In this document: one piece after another, positions 1 to 12,830 of the stretch
Layout of the letters: each line of letters opens with the position of its first letter
Numbering within the stretch: position 1 is the stretch's first letter
Assembly (NCBI RefSeq): GCF_009914755.1
Contig: NC_060928.1
Reading direction: 5' to 3' (one strand)
DNA: 64,000 nt
Source: the human T2T-CHM13v2.0 reference genome, Homo sapiens
Translations under genes and position numbers: made by a program
Notes under the pieces: generated by a model
What the model saw: the letters and a program-made list of their open reading frames with translations, nothing else
Told to the model about the DNA's origin: nothing
Databases searched by the model: none

Positions 1-236
1 TGGGCAGTGAGGACAATCAGAGGTCACTTTCATTGCCATCTTGGTTTCGGTGGACTTCTTTCCTGCATCCTGTTTTATTAGCAGGGTCTTTTTTACCTGT
101 ATCTTGTGCCAACCCCCTATCTCATCCTGGGAGTAAGAATACCTAACCTCTTGGGAATGCAGTCCAGCATTTCACAGCCTTATTTTACCCAGCCCCTATT
201 CAAGATGGAGTCACTCTGGTTCAAATGCCTCTGACA
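1..236 (-). mobile_element. MER41-family ERV1 LTR, 5' part (cut by the window edge)
   Basis: Reverse complement starts TGTCAGAGGCATTTGAACCAGAGTGACTCCATCTTGAATAGGGGCTGGGTAAAATAAGGCTG, the recalled MER41 5' end. It is homologous to 47050-47274 in this window. Confidence 0.85.
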
Positions 237-2169
237 ATGGCACAGCTTTGGGAGGCCATCTTGGAATTCTGCTTATCATGGGGTGCAGGAGTCCTAAGAT
301 ACTGAGACAAGGGAGATATAGAGGTGCAAGGAGGAAACGAGAACAAATACGTATGATAAAACAATTGGCGATCAATATAGGAACTTAATAAATGCTCATT
401 TGTTTTGAACAAATAGCTTTAGAGAGAAGCTTCAGATAAATAATAGAGTTGAAAATGTAAAGACAGTAGACTGAAGTATGAATTGGGATAGCACAGCCGA
501 TTACTCTTTCAAGAAACTTAAAAGAGATGAGAAGGAAACCAGGCAGAAACTAAGAAGGTCAAGGATGAGAGGGACGCATATGTTTTTGTTTTGAGGAGAT
601 CCAGAGGAGAGGAAGAGCTAAAGAATGCCAGGAAAAAAAGCAAGTAAATTAGAAATTCCATCTACAAAGTTTTAAAAATTAACAAACCACATGTGCTGAG
701 GGTTCACAAAAGCCAACATAGATTTTTTTTTCTTTTTTTTTTTTTTTACACAAAGCAAGTCCTTGCTTGTTTAACAATACAAAAGGAAGTAGCTCTGGCA
801 TTTTCTGAGTGTGTTAACATCTCTCTTGGTATGTGTCTTGCAGTTCCTCAAAGTATGTCTTAATTGCATTCTGAGTGTATTTTCCAAAACAAAATGATCT
901 GAAAAGGTGATCAAATATTTGAAATTACAGCACTCCAAAAATAACTAGATACATGTTTGGCATACTTGATTAAGTGAGAAATTTCTTTGAGTTTAGTATT
1001 TAAACTGTCAAATTTAGAGGAATTAATAGTTTCGCTTTTAATATGTTGCATATTTTCTGACATCTTAGCAGCTGAATTTATACAAATCTCTAATTGTTAA
1101 CTGTGTTTTTAACCAAATAACTACATGTTCCATTTATTTGTAATTGATTGGCAAAAGACTCAGAAAATCAGCTGAATACACGATAACAGACTATTTAATA
1201 TAAAGTGTACACTTTAGCATTGGAATTGATTATTCATCTATAAAATACTTTAAGACAAAGAATCTATAAATAGTATATTTGGTATTGTGTCCTGAAAGAA
1301 GTACTAGATTTCTCCAAGAGTTGTTATTTCTATTACATACATACATTTTTAAATACCTTTGTGAATGACTATTGTATATAGCAGAAATAAAACCGAGTGT
1401 AGTGTAATATAATCAGTCACACCGAGGGCAGTAGTTTCAAATTAATGTTTTTCTCCCCCAAAATTATGGCTGTATCATAAAATTGTATAATTTTAAATAC
1501 AGGTAATTTTTTTAAAAAGCAAGTTATTTAAAGTATTTTAAACAAATTGAGGAAAGTCTCATAATTTATTGTCAGTCTATTGAATAATTAGCAATTTCAG
1601 ATAATTATACTTCTAGAAAAAATAGAAAGTAAAACCATAATAGGAAAATATTGGTAACTCCAAAAAAAAAAGTATCACTAGTCCCATGACGTAATTAGGA
1701 GTGAGACCTTTGGCAAGAATAACAATAAACAGCACTTAATCAAATATCTGTGTGTCTAGATGGCATCTTGTTTAACAGCTTTAACAAGGCACAGAGCATG
1801 TCCATGCCTTACGAGCACTCCCCTTCCCCCAGGTGGCCTACAAATTGGAGAATGGCTTATTTTATTTGACCATCTTGGTCACTACTCATGTCCTCATTGA
1901 TGAAGTCTTTTGGCCTCCCTGCTTTGTTTGGTTTGAAAGATTCTTGCTGAGTTTGAGAGCTCAGGTACCCAGGATCCAGCCTCTGAAAGTACCACATAGA
2001 GATGTCATCTTGACCGTGTGCCCACTCCCTGGAAAGCAGACAATGATCAGGATATGGATTCTTTTTGGAAACCACACATGTCTATCCTTTCTCTTTTTAT
2101 TTATAGGGGCTATTATTTTTTACTACCCTTATTTTTTACTACTAAACTTAGGAAACTTTCACTTATGCA

Positions 2170-4460
2170 TGCAGCATTGATTACATATTTTTATCTGTTT
2201 CCTCCTCAACTCTCACTAATATAACAGTAAAAAAAATCAAAATAAAAAATAAAACTATATTTCAACAAGGGGAGAAAGAATGGAAAACTTACAGCTGCTG
2301 ATAAGAAATGTCAACACATTTTGAGACAAGGAAAATGGTGAGTGATTGGCAACTGACAGAGCAGAGAGAAAAAGATAATCCTCAAGGTCATGGAGTCAGT
2401 AACAAGCTAGCTAATTTAACCCCCTGAAAACCAGAAGGCTTAGGGCTTTGGGAGCAACAGTTATTTCTGAAGGCTGAAATATGGGGGAATAATACTGGAA
2501 ACAGTATGACTGAGGTAACCAGATTTCTTCACTAAGCCTTTGTTGCCAGGCAAATGTGTCCATCCCACTCCAGCCACATAGAGAAAGTTTACTCTCTAAA
2601 TCAGCAAGCTCCAGACTCTAAGAACTAAATGCTGCAGAGGACAGATGAGGAACTAAGAATTAATGCAGATCTGCATAATGAATAGTAGCACCTGTGTCCT
2701 CTCTTTCTCAACATATTTTCCAGGATTCTTTTTGAGGAGTGGAGAGACCAATGGTAGGCTTACAGCTAATGACATTTCAGGATGTCCTCAATGGAATAAC
2801 AGGCTCTCACACTAATGGCAAAACCCTTTACTCAATAAGTGAAACTCATCCACAAATTTTCTCCAATTATTCCTTTAGTGTTTCACTTTTAGTTATATGT
2901 AGTCAAATATGTGTCCAAAGCAACAGCAAAAAATGACCCACAAAAAAACGTTTTAAAAAATCAAGTAAATCAGGCAACATAAAAAAGAAAAAAAATTTTT
3001 GAAAAAAAAATGTGATCTTATACAAAATAGGTAATTAGAACATAAAAAGAATCCTATTATTTTATTTTGACATATGAGCTATGAAGAAATTGATATGTTG
3101 GCACAGCTGCTAACAGGAAGGAATCTTCCACTTCCCTTTCTCCTCTTCCTGCTGATTGGCATGCTGGATCCGCCATCACAAATAATAAAATGGAAGCCAC
3201 GTGTTGAAAATGGCAGAGAAATTAGACAGGTTAAACTGGATCCCTAATACTGTGGAGTTACCATGTCAGCTCCCAACTGCCAATATAAAATCACCTAGCT
3301 TTCTAAGAGAGAAATATTCCTATGTGACTTAAGCTACTGTTATTCAGAGTCCTTCTACAGCAACCAAATCTGATGTTACACAGTTGGTGTCTTCTTTATA
3401 AGCACACAGAGACTACAAAGGAAAAAACTGGGAAAATGACGCAAATGGATATTGAGAGCAAGTAGTAGTAAATTCACAAGGCTAATAGCAAAATATGTGC
3501 AGCTAAGGAATAAATTGGGCTAAAAAAGGACATACATTGTAGCTTAGAATGTCATATCTAACCAAAATATCGATTAATTTTGAGACTATAAACAAGACCA
3601 TTTAAGCAAGTTCTAAAAATGTGTACGTTTTTTCGTTGTTCCTCATGAAGCCACTGGAGAGTATATTTAATAAAAACGATAAAGTTTAACCATGAAAGGA
3701 AAAAATATTAATACTGGAATTGGGAAGCAAGTACTTAACACAGGAAAAAGCAACAAGACTTCCCAGGAATACAATCAAAAGAAGTTCCATGACAATATCT
3801 GTGTAGCAGGTCTAGAACAGAGTACATTGAAATTGGAAGGTTAAGACAGAGTGTTTCAGAAAGAAAGAACACAAGTGGAATTGATAGTTCACCTGATAAA
3901 AGTATTTAAACATGTTGAGAAGAGTTTCATAGTTCTCTCAGAAAGTCTGGGTTAATCAATCAGTGATAGGCAGAAAGAAAAGACACACAGATGAAATAAT
4001 CATTGATGCCAAGAAAAGCAAGATGCTGTCAAAATCAGTAAACATAATCATCATAGGTCATAGGGGTCTGTTCTCAATGCTATTTATAGTCATAAAAATG
4101 TAACCGCTGATTATTGAGCCGGAAATTGAGATCTGAGAGTACTGAGATAAGTGTCTCACAAGGAAACTGACAAAGAGGGCATTGAATAGAACGGTTACGT
4201 TCTTATCTTTCTTAGTAGGCAGCTAATTGTTTTCTAAAATGAAAAGGTCTCTAAATGGTAATATGCATTATACCAGTATTTAGAAATATGGAGAAATATG
4301 CCAGAAGAAACAGTGGAATGGGTGATATGAATTTGTCTTTGGGGAGTAGAAATCAGAGGTGTGGAGGAGATGAGACAAAAATTGCTATTCTTAATTGTAC
4401 ATCTTGTAGCACTACTATTTTTATAAACAAAGCTTATGTATTTAAGAAAAGTAAAATTGA
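2170..4460 (+). mobile_element. Highly diverged old L1 (L1ME-like) fragments
   Basis: Long A-rich plus-strand tract with L1M-like character and no intact ORF. Boundaries are approximate. Confidence 0.4.
3090..3380 (+). mobile_element. MaLR LTR fragment (MLT1I/J-like)
   Basis: Motifs TCTTCCTGCTG, GAAGCCACGTGTTGAAAATGGCAGAG and TTAAGCTACTGTTATT...CAGCAACCAAA match recalled MLT1 LTR 3' halves. Confidence 0.55.
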
Positions 4461-4822
4461 AAAAGACTTGTCTTCTTACAGTTCTTTATTTCAGTCCTAT
4501 TAATGTTCCCAAGGCAAAGAAATGCAGACTCTCATCTTGCTTGGAAGTGAAAGAGTATTTCTGTCAAGACATTTTTAGTTTTATCAGTTATAATGTTGTC
4601 CCAGCACCTCAGTTTGTATCAATGTCAGTTGGATAGAACAAAGAAAGAAGCTCTATTTTCTGCTTTCCTGAGCACTGACCACCTCATCACTAGCTATACA
4701 TCAGTATTTCAGTAAGCAGAGCGTATTGAAGTGAGGCAGGATCTTACATTTCCTAACCCAATATATTCATTAGACTTAATCTATTGTTAATTGCTTAACT
4801 GACATCCAAATAATAGATACCC

Positions 4823-5075
4823 TTTTTTTTGTTTTTGTTTTTTTTTTTGAGATGGAGTCTCGCTCCGCGCCCGGGCTGGATTGCAGTGCTGCGATCTCGG
4901 CTAGCTGGGACTACAGGTGCCCGCCACCACGCCTGGCTAATTTTTTTTTTGTATTTTTAGTAGAGACGGGTTTCACCATGTTAGCCAGGATGGTCTTGAT
5001 CTCCTGCCCTCGTGATCCACCCGTCTCAGCCTCCCAAACTGCTGGGATTACAGGCATGAGCCATCACGCCCAGCC
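4823..5075 (-). mobile_element. AluY-like SINE with a ~55-bp internal deletion in the right arm
   Basis: Poly(T) is followed by GAGATGGAGTCTCGC...GATCTCGGCT, joined directly to AGCTGGGACTACAGG. Y-type GGACTACAGG and TTAGCCAGGATGGTC are present. Degenerate TSD AATAGATAC/AATAGACAC. Confidence 0.92.
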
Positions 5076-6303
5076 AATAGACACACATTTAGTACTAATT
5101 ATCTTAAAGGTATCAGACTACCTTTGATGGAAATGACAAGAATATGTATTTATATTTTTCTGTTGTCAAATAATTTAATAGCATTGAATCATAATCAATA
5201 GCTCTATGGGGTTAAGCAAAGCATGCACAAAAGTTTCTATAACTTTTAATTAACATTTTTATTGTGCAATGTGATTAAGAAACAAAATTTTCACTTTTCA
5301 AGCCTTTCATTGCTAGTTTCTTTCTTCCCTTTTGTCTTTCCTTCCTTTCTTTTTCTCTTCTCTTTTTAAACCTCTTCTTTTTGGCCTTTCCAGAAATACT
5401 CCATAATAACTATATTGCTTTCAAACAATAGCCAGAGCAAACCTCATCAATTTAAGAATGGAGAGTGCATCACATAATGAGTTTATGTCTGTATCTCTCT
5501 TACCAAATGGATATAAAGTGACATCTCAGGGGTCTGTTAATGAGATTGTCTCATGTAAGGGAATCTGGTAATGGGATGCTACCAAATCTGATTATTTAGA
5601 GATAATGTTAACAAAATTAAATTAATTAATGTTCAATTTGCCCTTCACAAGCAAAAAAATTTAAAAGAGTTAATCAGAAAGATCATGGGATACTGGTGAT
5701 TAAATATATTTTAAGATCAAAGTCTAGAATTTGCAAATTGGGAAGTTGACAGAAGAAAAGTAGCTGTGCATTTGAAAAAGGCATTTGAAAGAAAACTGTT
5801 TTCAAGCCTAACAAGAACTGATTCCCCTTGATCATCTGAGGCTACATTAGGCGGGTCATTCTTACTTCCAGAATTACACATACAATTCTATTTTCTGAAG
5901 TGCTCTTCTATTTATAAATTGTTTCTCCTTCAAAACTACTAAAAAGTCACACATTATATGTAGCATTCTTAACATGAGTTTCAGTTCCCACAATTGAATT
6001 GAAGCCATCAATTCCCATATATAACTATACACTTACAGATGTAATTGCATTTGTTTACCACAATAGCTGTGCTATTGGTAATGAAAATGCACACTCACAA
6101 GGATCAAGTAACCTTTCTGGGAGAAATATTTTGGGTAGAAATACCTTAGATAATTAGTCACACTGTACAGAAATGAGTTGAGGTATAAAGTTAAGAAAAT
6201 ACATTACTGTGGGTCTTTACTAAAGAACTGATTGTTGTACATACATCAAAACGAAAATGTCTTAAAAATAATGATCTTAATTGCTTCCAATGTAACACTT
6301 CTT

Positions 6304-6424
6304 ATATGTAATATAATATGTATTATTATATTGCATATGTAATATAATATGTATTATATTGCATATGTAATATAATACGTATTATTATATTGCATATGTA
6401 ATATAATACGTATTATTATATTGC
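6304..6424. repeat. AT-rich minisatellite, ~31-bp unit x4
   Basis: Unit ATATGTAATATAATA(T/C)GTATTATTATATTGC at 6304, 6335 (28 bp), 6363 and 6394. Confidence 0.93.
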
Positions 6425-6504
6425 CAGTGTGCATAATACACAGATTGAAGAAAGGTCACAGAAACTCATTTCTGAGAAGCAGGCAGTCATCCACTCATGG
6501 GTAG

Positions 6505-6920
6505 TGTGACGGTTAATACTGACTGTCATCTTGATTGGGTTGAAGGATACAAAGTATTGTTCCTAGGCGTGTCTGTGAGGGTGTTGCCAAACGAGATTAA
6601 CATTTGAGTCAGTGGACTGGGAAAGGCTGACCCACCCTCAATCTGGGTGGGCACCATCTAATCAGCTGGCAGTGTGGCCAGAATCAAAAGCAGGCAGAAG
6701 AACGTGAAAAGACTAGACTGGCTTGGCCTCCCCGTCTGTATCCTTCTCCCACGCTGGATGCCCTTGAACATCGGATTCCAAGTTCTTCAGCTTTGGGACT
6801 TGGACTGGCTTCCTTGCTCCTCAGCTTGCAGACAGCTTATTGTGGGACCTTGCGATCATGTGAGTTAATACTTACTAAACCCTGTTAGTTCTATCCCTCT
6901 AGAGAACCCTGACTAATACA
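6505..6920 (+). mobile_element. MLT2A1 solo LTR (HERV-L)
   Basis: Starts TGTGACGGTTAATACTGA and ends CTAGAGAACCCTGACTAATACA. Internal AGGCAGAAGAACGTGAAAAGACTAGACTGG and CCTCAGCTTGCAGAC match the recalled MLT2A1 consensus. Confidence 0.88.
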
Positions 6921-7779
6921 GATGGACTGGTGGGCCTTGTAAATCATTTTATTTTAATCATGTTCAGTGAAAAGTTTTCAGAAGAGAGCGATTTAATTTA
7001 GCTTCATTTTTTTAACAAAGATACCTTGTTGAAAACAAAATGGATTCTACTGAATAAAATGTAAGCAGAAGCACAGTAATGAACTATCTTATCCAGTTAA
7101 GAGATTAAGAAGAATAGTATGAATGGAGAATCTTAAAAACACTTAGTTAAATTTCAACCTATGTCATTGCAGTTTGTAATATTCAGCTATTCATTCAACA
7201 AGTAATCATTAAAGACCTTCTATATGCCCACTGCTATGTTAAAATTAGGATATATAATGATGAATAAGACATGGTCACTAACTTTATTAAAGGCTGAAAA
7301 TAACATGAATACATAATTTGAAACTGGAATAGTGCTACAACTTTATTGAATAGAGTTTTTGAAAGGGAAAACAGAATTTATTTAAATTTAATTATGCCCA
7401 TCTAAGAGAATATTTAACCTAAGTGGTGATTACCATAGCAAAGAATAGGGGTAATTCTGTATAGGGGCATGAATAAAGGGTGTAAAGTGGGGATGGGTTT
7501 GACTGAATGCATGACATGTGTTAGAAAAAATTGCTTTTATCAAGGGTAAAGTGTAAAGACATAAAATTACAAAAAGTAACAATAAATAACAATTTCAATG
7601 TATGCACAATACCTTGACAATTTTTATTTAACTTAATGTACAAAATATTACCCACAGACTATGCCTATAGAATATGCTTCTGGCTAGGACCGTTTCAGAA
7701 TTCATGGAGAAAACATTTTAAAAATACATCATTAGCAAACGCATCTTTCCTTTTTCTCCTCAGAATGATCATTATAGCC

Positions 7780-9630
7780 CAGCTCAAATAAATTTTGACA
7801 TTTTTCAAAATTCATTATATTTCACATTAGTGTAATATGGCATTAAATATGTTATTACAAATGTTAGGTGAATCCGTTGCAAAGAGGGTAGCTCACAGTC
7901 CACTCTCCAATGACATTCTACCTGGGCATAGTCAGAAATTGGCTAAAGGTATAAAAGACCAACTCACTGAACAAATAAAGTCAGCAAAGTCTTTTTTATT
8001 GCAACTTGAAAAATGCAGATATTGTTAACATCTTTTTTATATAGTTACTATTTGAACATAATGGTGATATGAAATATTAAATCTTTCTGTTTTTCATAGC
8101 CATTGCCAACAAACACACTAGTTGTGAGCAATATAAAACTATGAGGGATAAGCTCTGAGGTGGACTTATTTTTCGTAGAATATATTTTAATGGCAAAAGT
8201 GCACCAAATTAAGGTTATCACACCGAAATATACATCAACAATTATTTTATATGTTGAGAGCGAGTTGGTATGAAAAAGAAGTCACACAAACTAAGCAGTG
8301 TATTTAGTGATTAGCATTTAGTGATATGTATTGTAATCATGGTATATAAAGACACATGTATTAAAATCAAATTACACTTTATTAAGTAATAATATAAAAA
8401 TAAAAGAATTATCTTAAAACAATTGTAAACAAATGGAATTTCATGCCAAAATATTATGTTTTCAAGTGCAAAACTTCAGTTGGGAAAATTTGAACTATAG
8501 AAGAAACTCTCAGTGTTTCTGTAAGACAATGGTTCAGTTTGGTCCCAACTTTTTAAAGATATGAGTTGGACAAACTTGCTTATATGTCTCATATATTTGG
8601 TATTTTAATGATTTTAATTTCTGCACACAAGGAAGAAACACAACATTGTAACTGGCTGTTTTAAATAACAGATAAGATCAAAGGGCACAAAGGAAAGTCA
8701 GAAGTTTGGAAAAAAAGTGTTTCTAAGAATTGTTATGACATGTTTCATAGTTAACAACAACTATCAGTGAAGTAGGTCATGATCTCACTATTGTACACCG
8801 TTGAAAGTTATCACCAATCTCCTTATGAATTTAATACAATGTTTTGTATTTTATTTTTTCTCAAAGTAGATACAACCATAGGAGATTCATGGATTTGAAT
8901 CTGTTTTTTTATTTGTTTGTTTCATTTTTTATCAAAAAGCTTATTGAAATTTAACAGCTTTAAACTGTACAATTTTAGGCAAATTAATTTCAAAAATAGA
9001 ACATAACTTCCTTATTTAGATAAAAATTGTAAATGTATATGCTGAACTTGCTTTATAATCCTCTCCCCCATTCTTGTCAAAATGCATCTCTGAGACTGAC
9101 TAATTTACCATAAGTATTTTTTAAACAAATAATAGAAGGGTTTAAATACACATTATGTCCTGTGGGTGATGAGGTTATAATCTACTTTAGATGTGATAAA
9201 TTAATAGGGAAATAGCTTGGACATTCGTCACATTAAACATTTTAAAAATTCATGTATCTGATTAAAATAGACCTGAAGATTTTTGATACAGGGAATTGCT
9301 ACTTCATTCATAAATTTCTGTTTAATTATAATGTATGATGACACAAAGTTACAAGTACAAGAGTGGTTGTCTTATCTGCAAAATGGTCACTTTCAATGAT
9401 CAACAAGTACATGTTTTTGTATTTTTTGATGCTATAATTGTCTTGCATATTTTATTGAAATAAACATTTCCTTGTTAAATTTAATACTTAAAAATTGTGA
9501 TTTATTTTTGTATGTCTTAAAATTTCATTTTTATAGAGTTTCAATTTTTGTTGGGTTTTTCAAAAGTATTGGTCTATGACAATTTGTAGGAGAAATGGTC
9601 CTATACCACATATGGTATTAGAAGCATTAG
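7780..9630 (+). mobile_element. hAT/Buster (Charlie10-like) DNA transposon fossil with a frameshifted transposase
   Basis: ORF 7837-8028 reads MLGESVAKRVAHSPLSND...DQLTEQIKSAKSFLLQLEKCR; ~8540 WSQLFKDMSWT/LAYMSHIFGI; ~8728 NCYDMFH; ~8880 IGDSWI; ends ...SSH-stop at ~9236. These are collinear with the recalled SCAND3/ZBED9 (Buster4) transposase domain. Confidence 0.8.
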
Positions 9631-10160
9631 TATAATTTACATTCCTACAACTCGTTCTTCTTGTGGCCTATCATTCTCCACACACTTCTTTTTAAAGCTC
9701 TTATTAATTAATTTCTTCTTTTTCTCAGATATAAAGCGTTTTAGTTGCAAGAAATTATCTACAACAGTTTCTGCATTATTTTATATGCCTCAGACATAGT
9801 AGTTTAAAAATCAATGAGTAAATAATTATGGTAATTCAACACACTTATACAGTTTTAATTCTTTACAGGTACAATATTCCTATATTTAACTAGGCAATAA
9901 TAAAATTTTCTAATACTTGACATCATGAAACTGAATTGACAGGAACGTCACTGGAACATAATCGTTCAAATGCCTATGCAAAGTTATTCTACAAAATGCC
10001 AATGGTTTCTATCTGGCTATGATCTGGCTATTCCAATGTTGGGTGACTGTTATATTCTTCTTAAAGCTCTGCTATATTACATTATTTCATTCTATAAGGT
10101 ATAGACAACATTTTAGAAATATTACTGAAGTTCAAATACAGCTTCCAAGTATTATGATAG

Positions 10161-10486
<326 letters not shown>

Positions 10487-10629
10487 ACTTGATACCTTTT
10501 TATGTTGCACGTGTTTCATTTCATTCAATATTATTTAAGACTGTAGGAAATTACACATATAGGTTCGCCAAATGGCTTGTGCTTGTACCCCAATTAAATC
10601 AAAGACAAAATTATACTTTTGATGCAATG

Positions 10630-10760
10630 CTCATTTAATGAATGTTTACTGAGCACCTATGTTAGGAATGTTATAGGTATTATGTGTATAGGAAAATGAA
10701 TAAAACAGACAGAAATCTCTGTCCATATAAGGCTTATTTTCTAGGTGGGAGAATGAGCCC
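10630..10760 (-). mobile_element. L2 3'-end fragment
   Basis: TTTACTGAGCACCTATG...GAATAAAACAGACA...CTTATTTTCTAGGTGGGAG is typical of a reverse L2 tail. Confidence 0.6.
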
Positions 10761-11060
10761 AACATTCATACTAACTCCTTTCAGGATGATCAGAAAGAAG
10801 ATAATATGTGCAGGTGGAAGTAACATATTTATATAATCACAGTGCTATATAATTTCATTACCTTTCCATTATTAACTTTCTCAGCCTCTTTTATTATACA
10901 AATATAGTAAACATCCTCTGAAGGATGTATTTCCTCTCATTACAATGGTTACTATGCTTTTTAGTCAAAATTATCTACAGTTGATTTCTCAAAATAGCAA
11001 ACATTATATTGAGCTTACTTAGCATTCCATCTATTATACTATGGAGAGTTTAACAGAGAA

Positions 11061-11130
11061 TATATATACACACACACACACATATTTGTACACATATATA
11101 TATATCCATGTATACACACACATACACACA
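11061..11130. repeat. (TA)n/(CA)n compound microsatellite
   Basis: Alternating TATATA and CACACA tracts are directly visible. Confidence 0.8.
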
Positions 11131-12109
11131 TTGTCCACATAAGACAGAAGACTACCTTTCAGCTATTTGTGAAATAGGTTTATTAGAAACTTAGTAAAGT
11201 ATTCTGTGGTGTAATATAGTCCAACTAGTTTAAATTATTCATTTCATATCCTAGTGCTTTTTTCCCACATGTGCTACTTTATTGTTTTAAACTAGTTGAT
11301 TTATAAAAATGTCATCTGAATAGTGCAAATTAATGATTCCAGCAAAACACATTTGCGATACCTTAGGTATGTGACAGGCAATTAAAAAAAGTTGTATTGA
11401 TTTGTCTAAAATGTTAAATGACATAATAGCCATACAGTAAAGTATTGAATAATTTAAGTAAATCAATGTTTTCTGTTTTCTGAATTTTCTAGGTGTACAA
11501 ACTATCTTGGGTGCTAAGGTAAATCAATATAATAAAATAAAAATGAAGCGGTTTATAATGATGAATGTATGGGTTGATAATAACCAGAGGTAGAATCTCA
11601 TTTAGCCATTGTAACAAACAACTTCCAGGCATTTTTGTGCACTATTCCCATCAGAAAACATGGTATTATAGAGTCAATTGATTTTAGCACTTAAACAGCT
11701 TTTCATTTGCAAGACACCTAGCCTCAGTATAAACTAAACCTTTCCCAGAGTGTCATTAGTTATGGCTTGATTTAGAATGATAATACATATTTACTACCAT
11801 TAGAGCCATTTTGTGTGTTTTATGTGGTTTGTAAATAATGCTATATTTTATGAGGAAATGAGAGGTGTTCATTTGTTATGCTCGTATATAGTTGCAAGAT
11901 TTAGAATTTAGCATTTTGTGCTTCTTCTGATCTCTTTTTACTCGCATTTCCAATAGCAAAATTCTTAAGTAAATAATCCACTTGGAAATTGTATTTTTCA
12001 TTCAATATAGCTATGTCTTTATGCATTTTTTGGTTTCATCATTTTGTTTAGAAAATAAAAGTATGGTAAAAATGAGCATGCAGGGACAACTTTTTCCTAT
12101 ATAATGTCT

Positions 12110-12250
12110 TTTGTGGTTTACAACAATTTCAAGATCTAATAAAATCTATGGATCTTTCCCACAGGAAAAAAAAATACAGATGTAGACATGAACACAATGT
12201 TGTATATAATTTAAGAGAATTCAGATGTACCCTGGATTCTCTTCACATTC
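12110..12250 (-). mobile_element. MER103C-like hAT MITE fragment
   Basis: ATCTAATAAAATCTATGGATCTTTCCCACAGGAAAA...TTGTATATAATTTAAGAG resembles the reverse complement of recalled MER103C. Confidence 0.4.
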
Positions 12251-12639
12251 ATACACAAAGAATAAAAATTAAAACAATGGAAACAGCCACAATTAGCAGC
12301 TCTGAAAACTTCAAATGCTTCAGTGTTATAACTACACTTAAAATGATGAAAGTAGATAGATTAATACACAAAAATACGTAACTCATAATACTTTTGCATT
12401 TTCTACAAATTCAGAAGAAGATCCCATAATAAAAGAGGCCAAAGACACTAGAACATTATAAAGAAAAGAGCGGTGGAGAAAAAAGGAGTCACTCCTGGAG
12501 AAGAGACCTAAAGTAGTCAAAGGACTAACACCCAGATTTCAGAAAAGGAAAAATATAAAATATTATTGAGTGTTGGTAGTAAATCTTGGTGCCTCAGGCA
12601 TGGACCCCGTAGGATTGACCCATGGTGGCTCAGCCATGG

Positions 12640-12830
12640 ATCCAGGATTGGATCCCAGATCGCTACTTAATATTGTAACCTTGGTAAAATTACATCATCT
12701 CTCTTTGAGAGTATCCTCATCTGTACATTGGGGACAATAATAGGATTTATTTTATATGTCTGATGTGGACATGAAATGGTTCCATCTATATAAAGAGCTT
12801 AGCAGAATGCCTTGCACACACTAAGCAGGA
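12640..12830 (+). mobile_element. MIR SINE
   Basis: Core TGTAACCTTGGTAAAATTAC...CCTCATCTGTACATTGGGGACAATAATA...AAAGAGCTTAGCAGAATGCCT. Confidence 0.75.

Noticed and set aside
1815-2180. 115-aa ORF starting right after a CCCCTTCCCCCAG acceptor-like site, plus the overlapping minus-strand 72-aa ORF
   Set aside because: GTG start, no recognisable domain, a tail derived from T-rich sequence and only a weak donor (CAG|GTACCC). Not enough to call an exon.
6304-6424. CRISPR-like appearance of ~30-bp repeats
   Set aside because: The units are contiguous with no unique spacers, there are no cas genes, and the context is primate DNA.
12600-12662. Short hairpins CCATGG...CCATGG and GGATCC...GGATCC
   Set aside because: Six-bp palindromes at a MIR edge are expected by chance and do not give a pre-miRNA-length stem.
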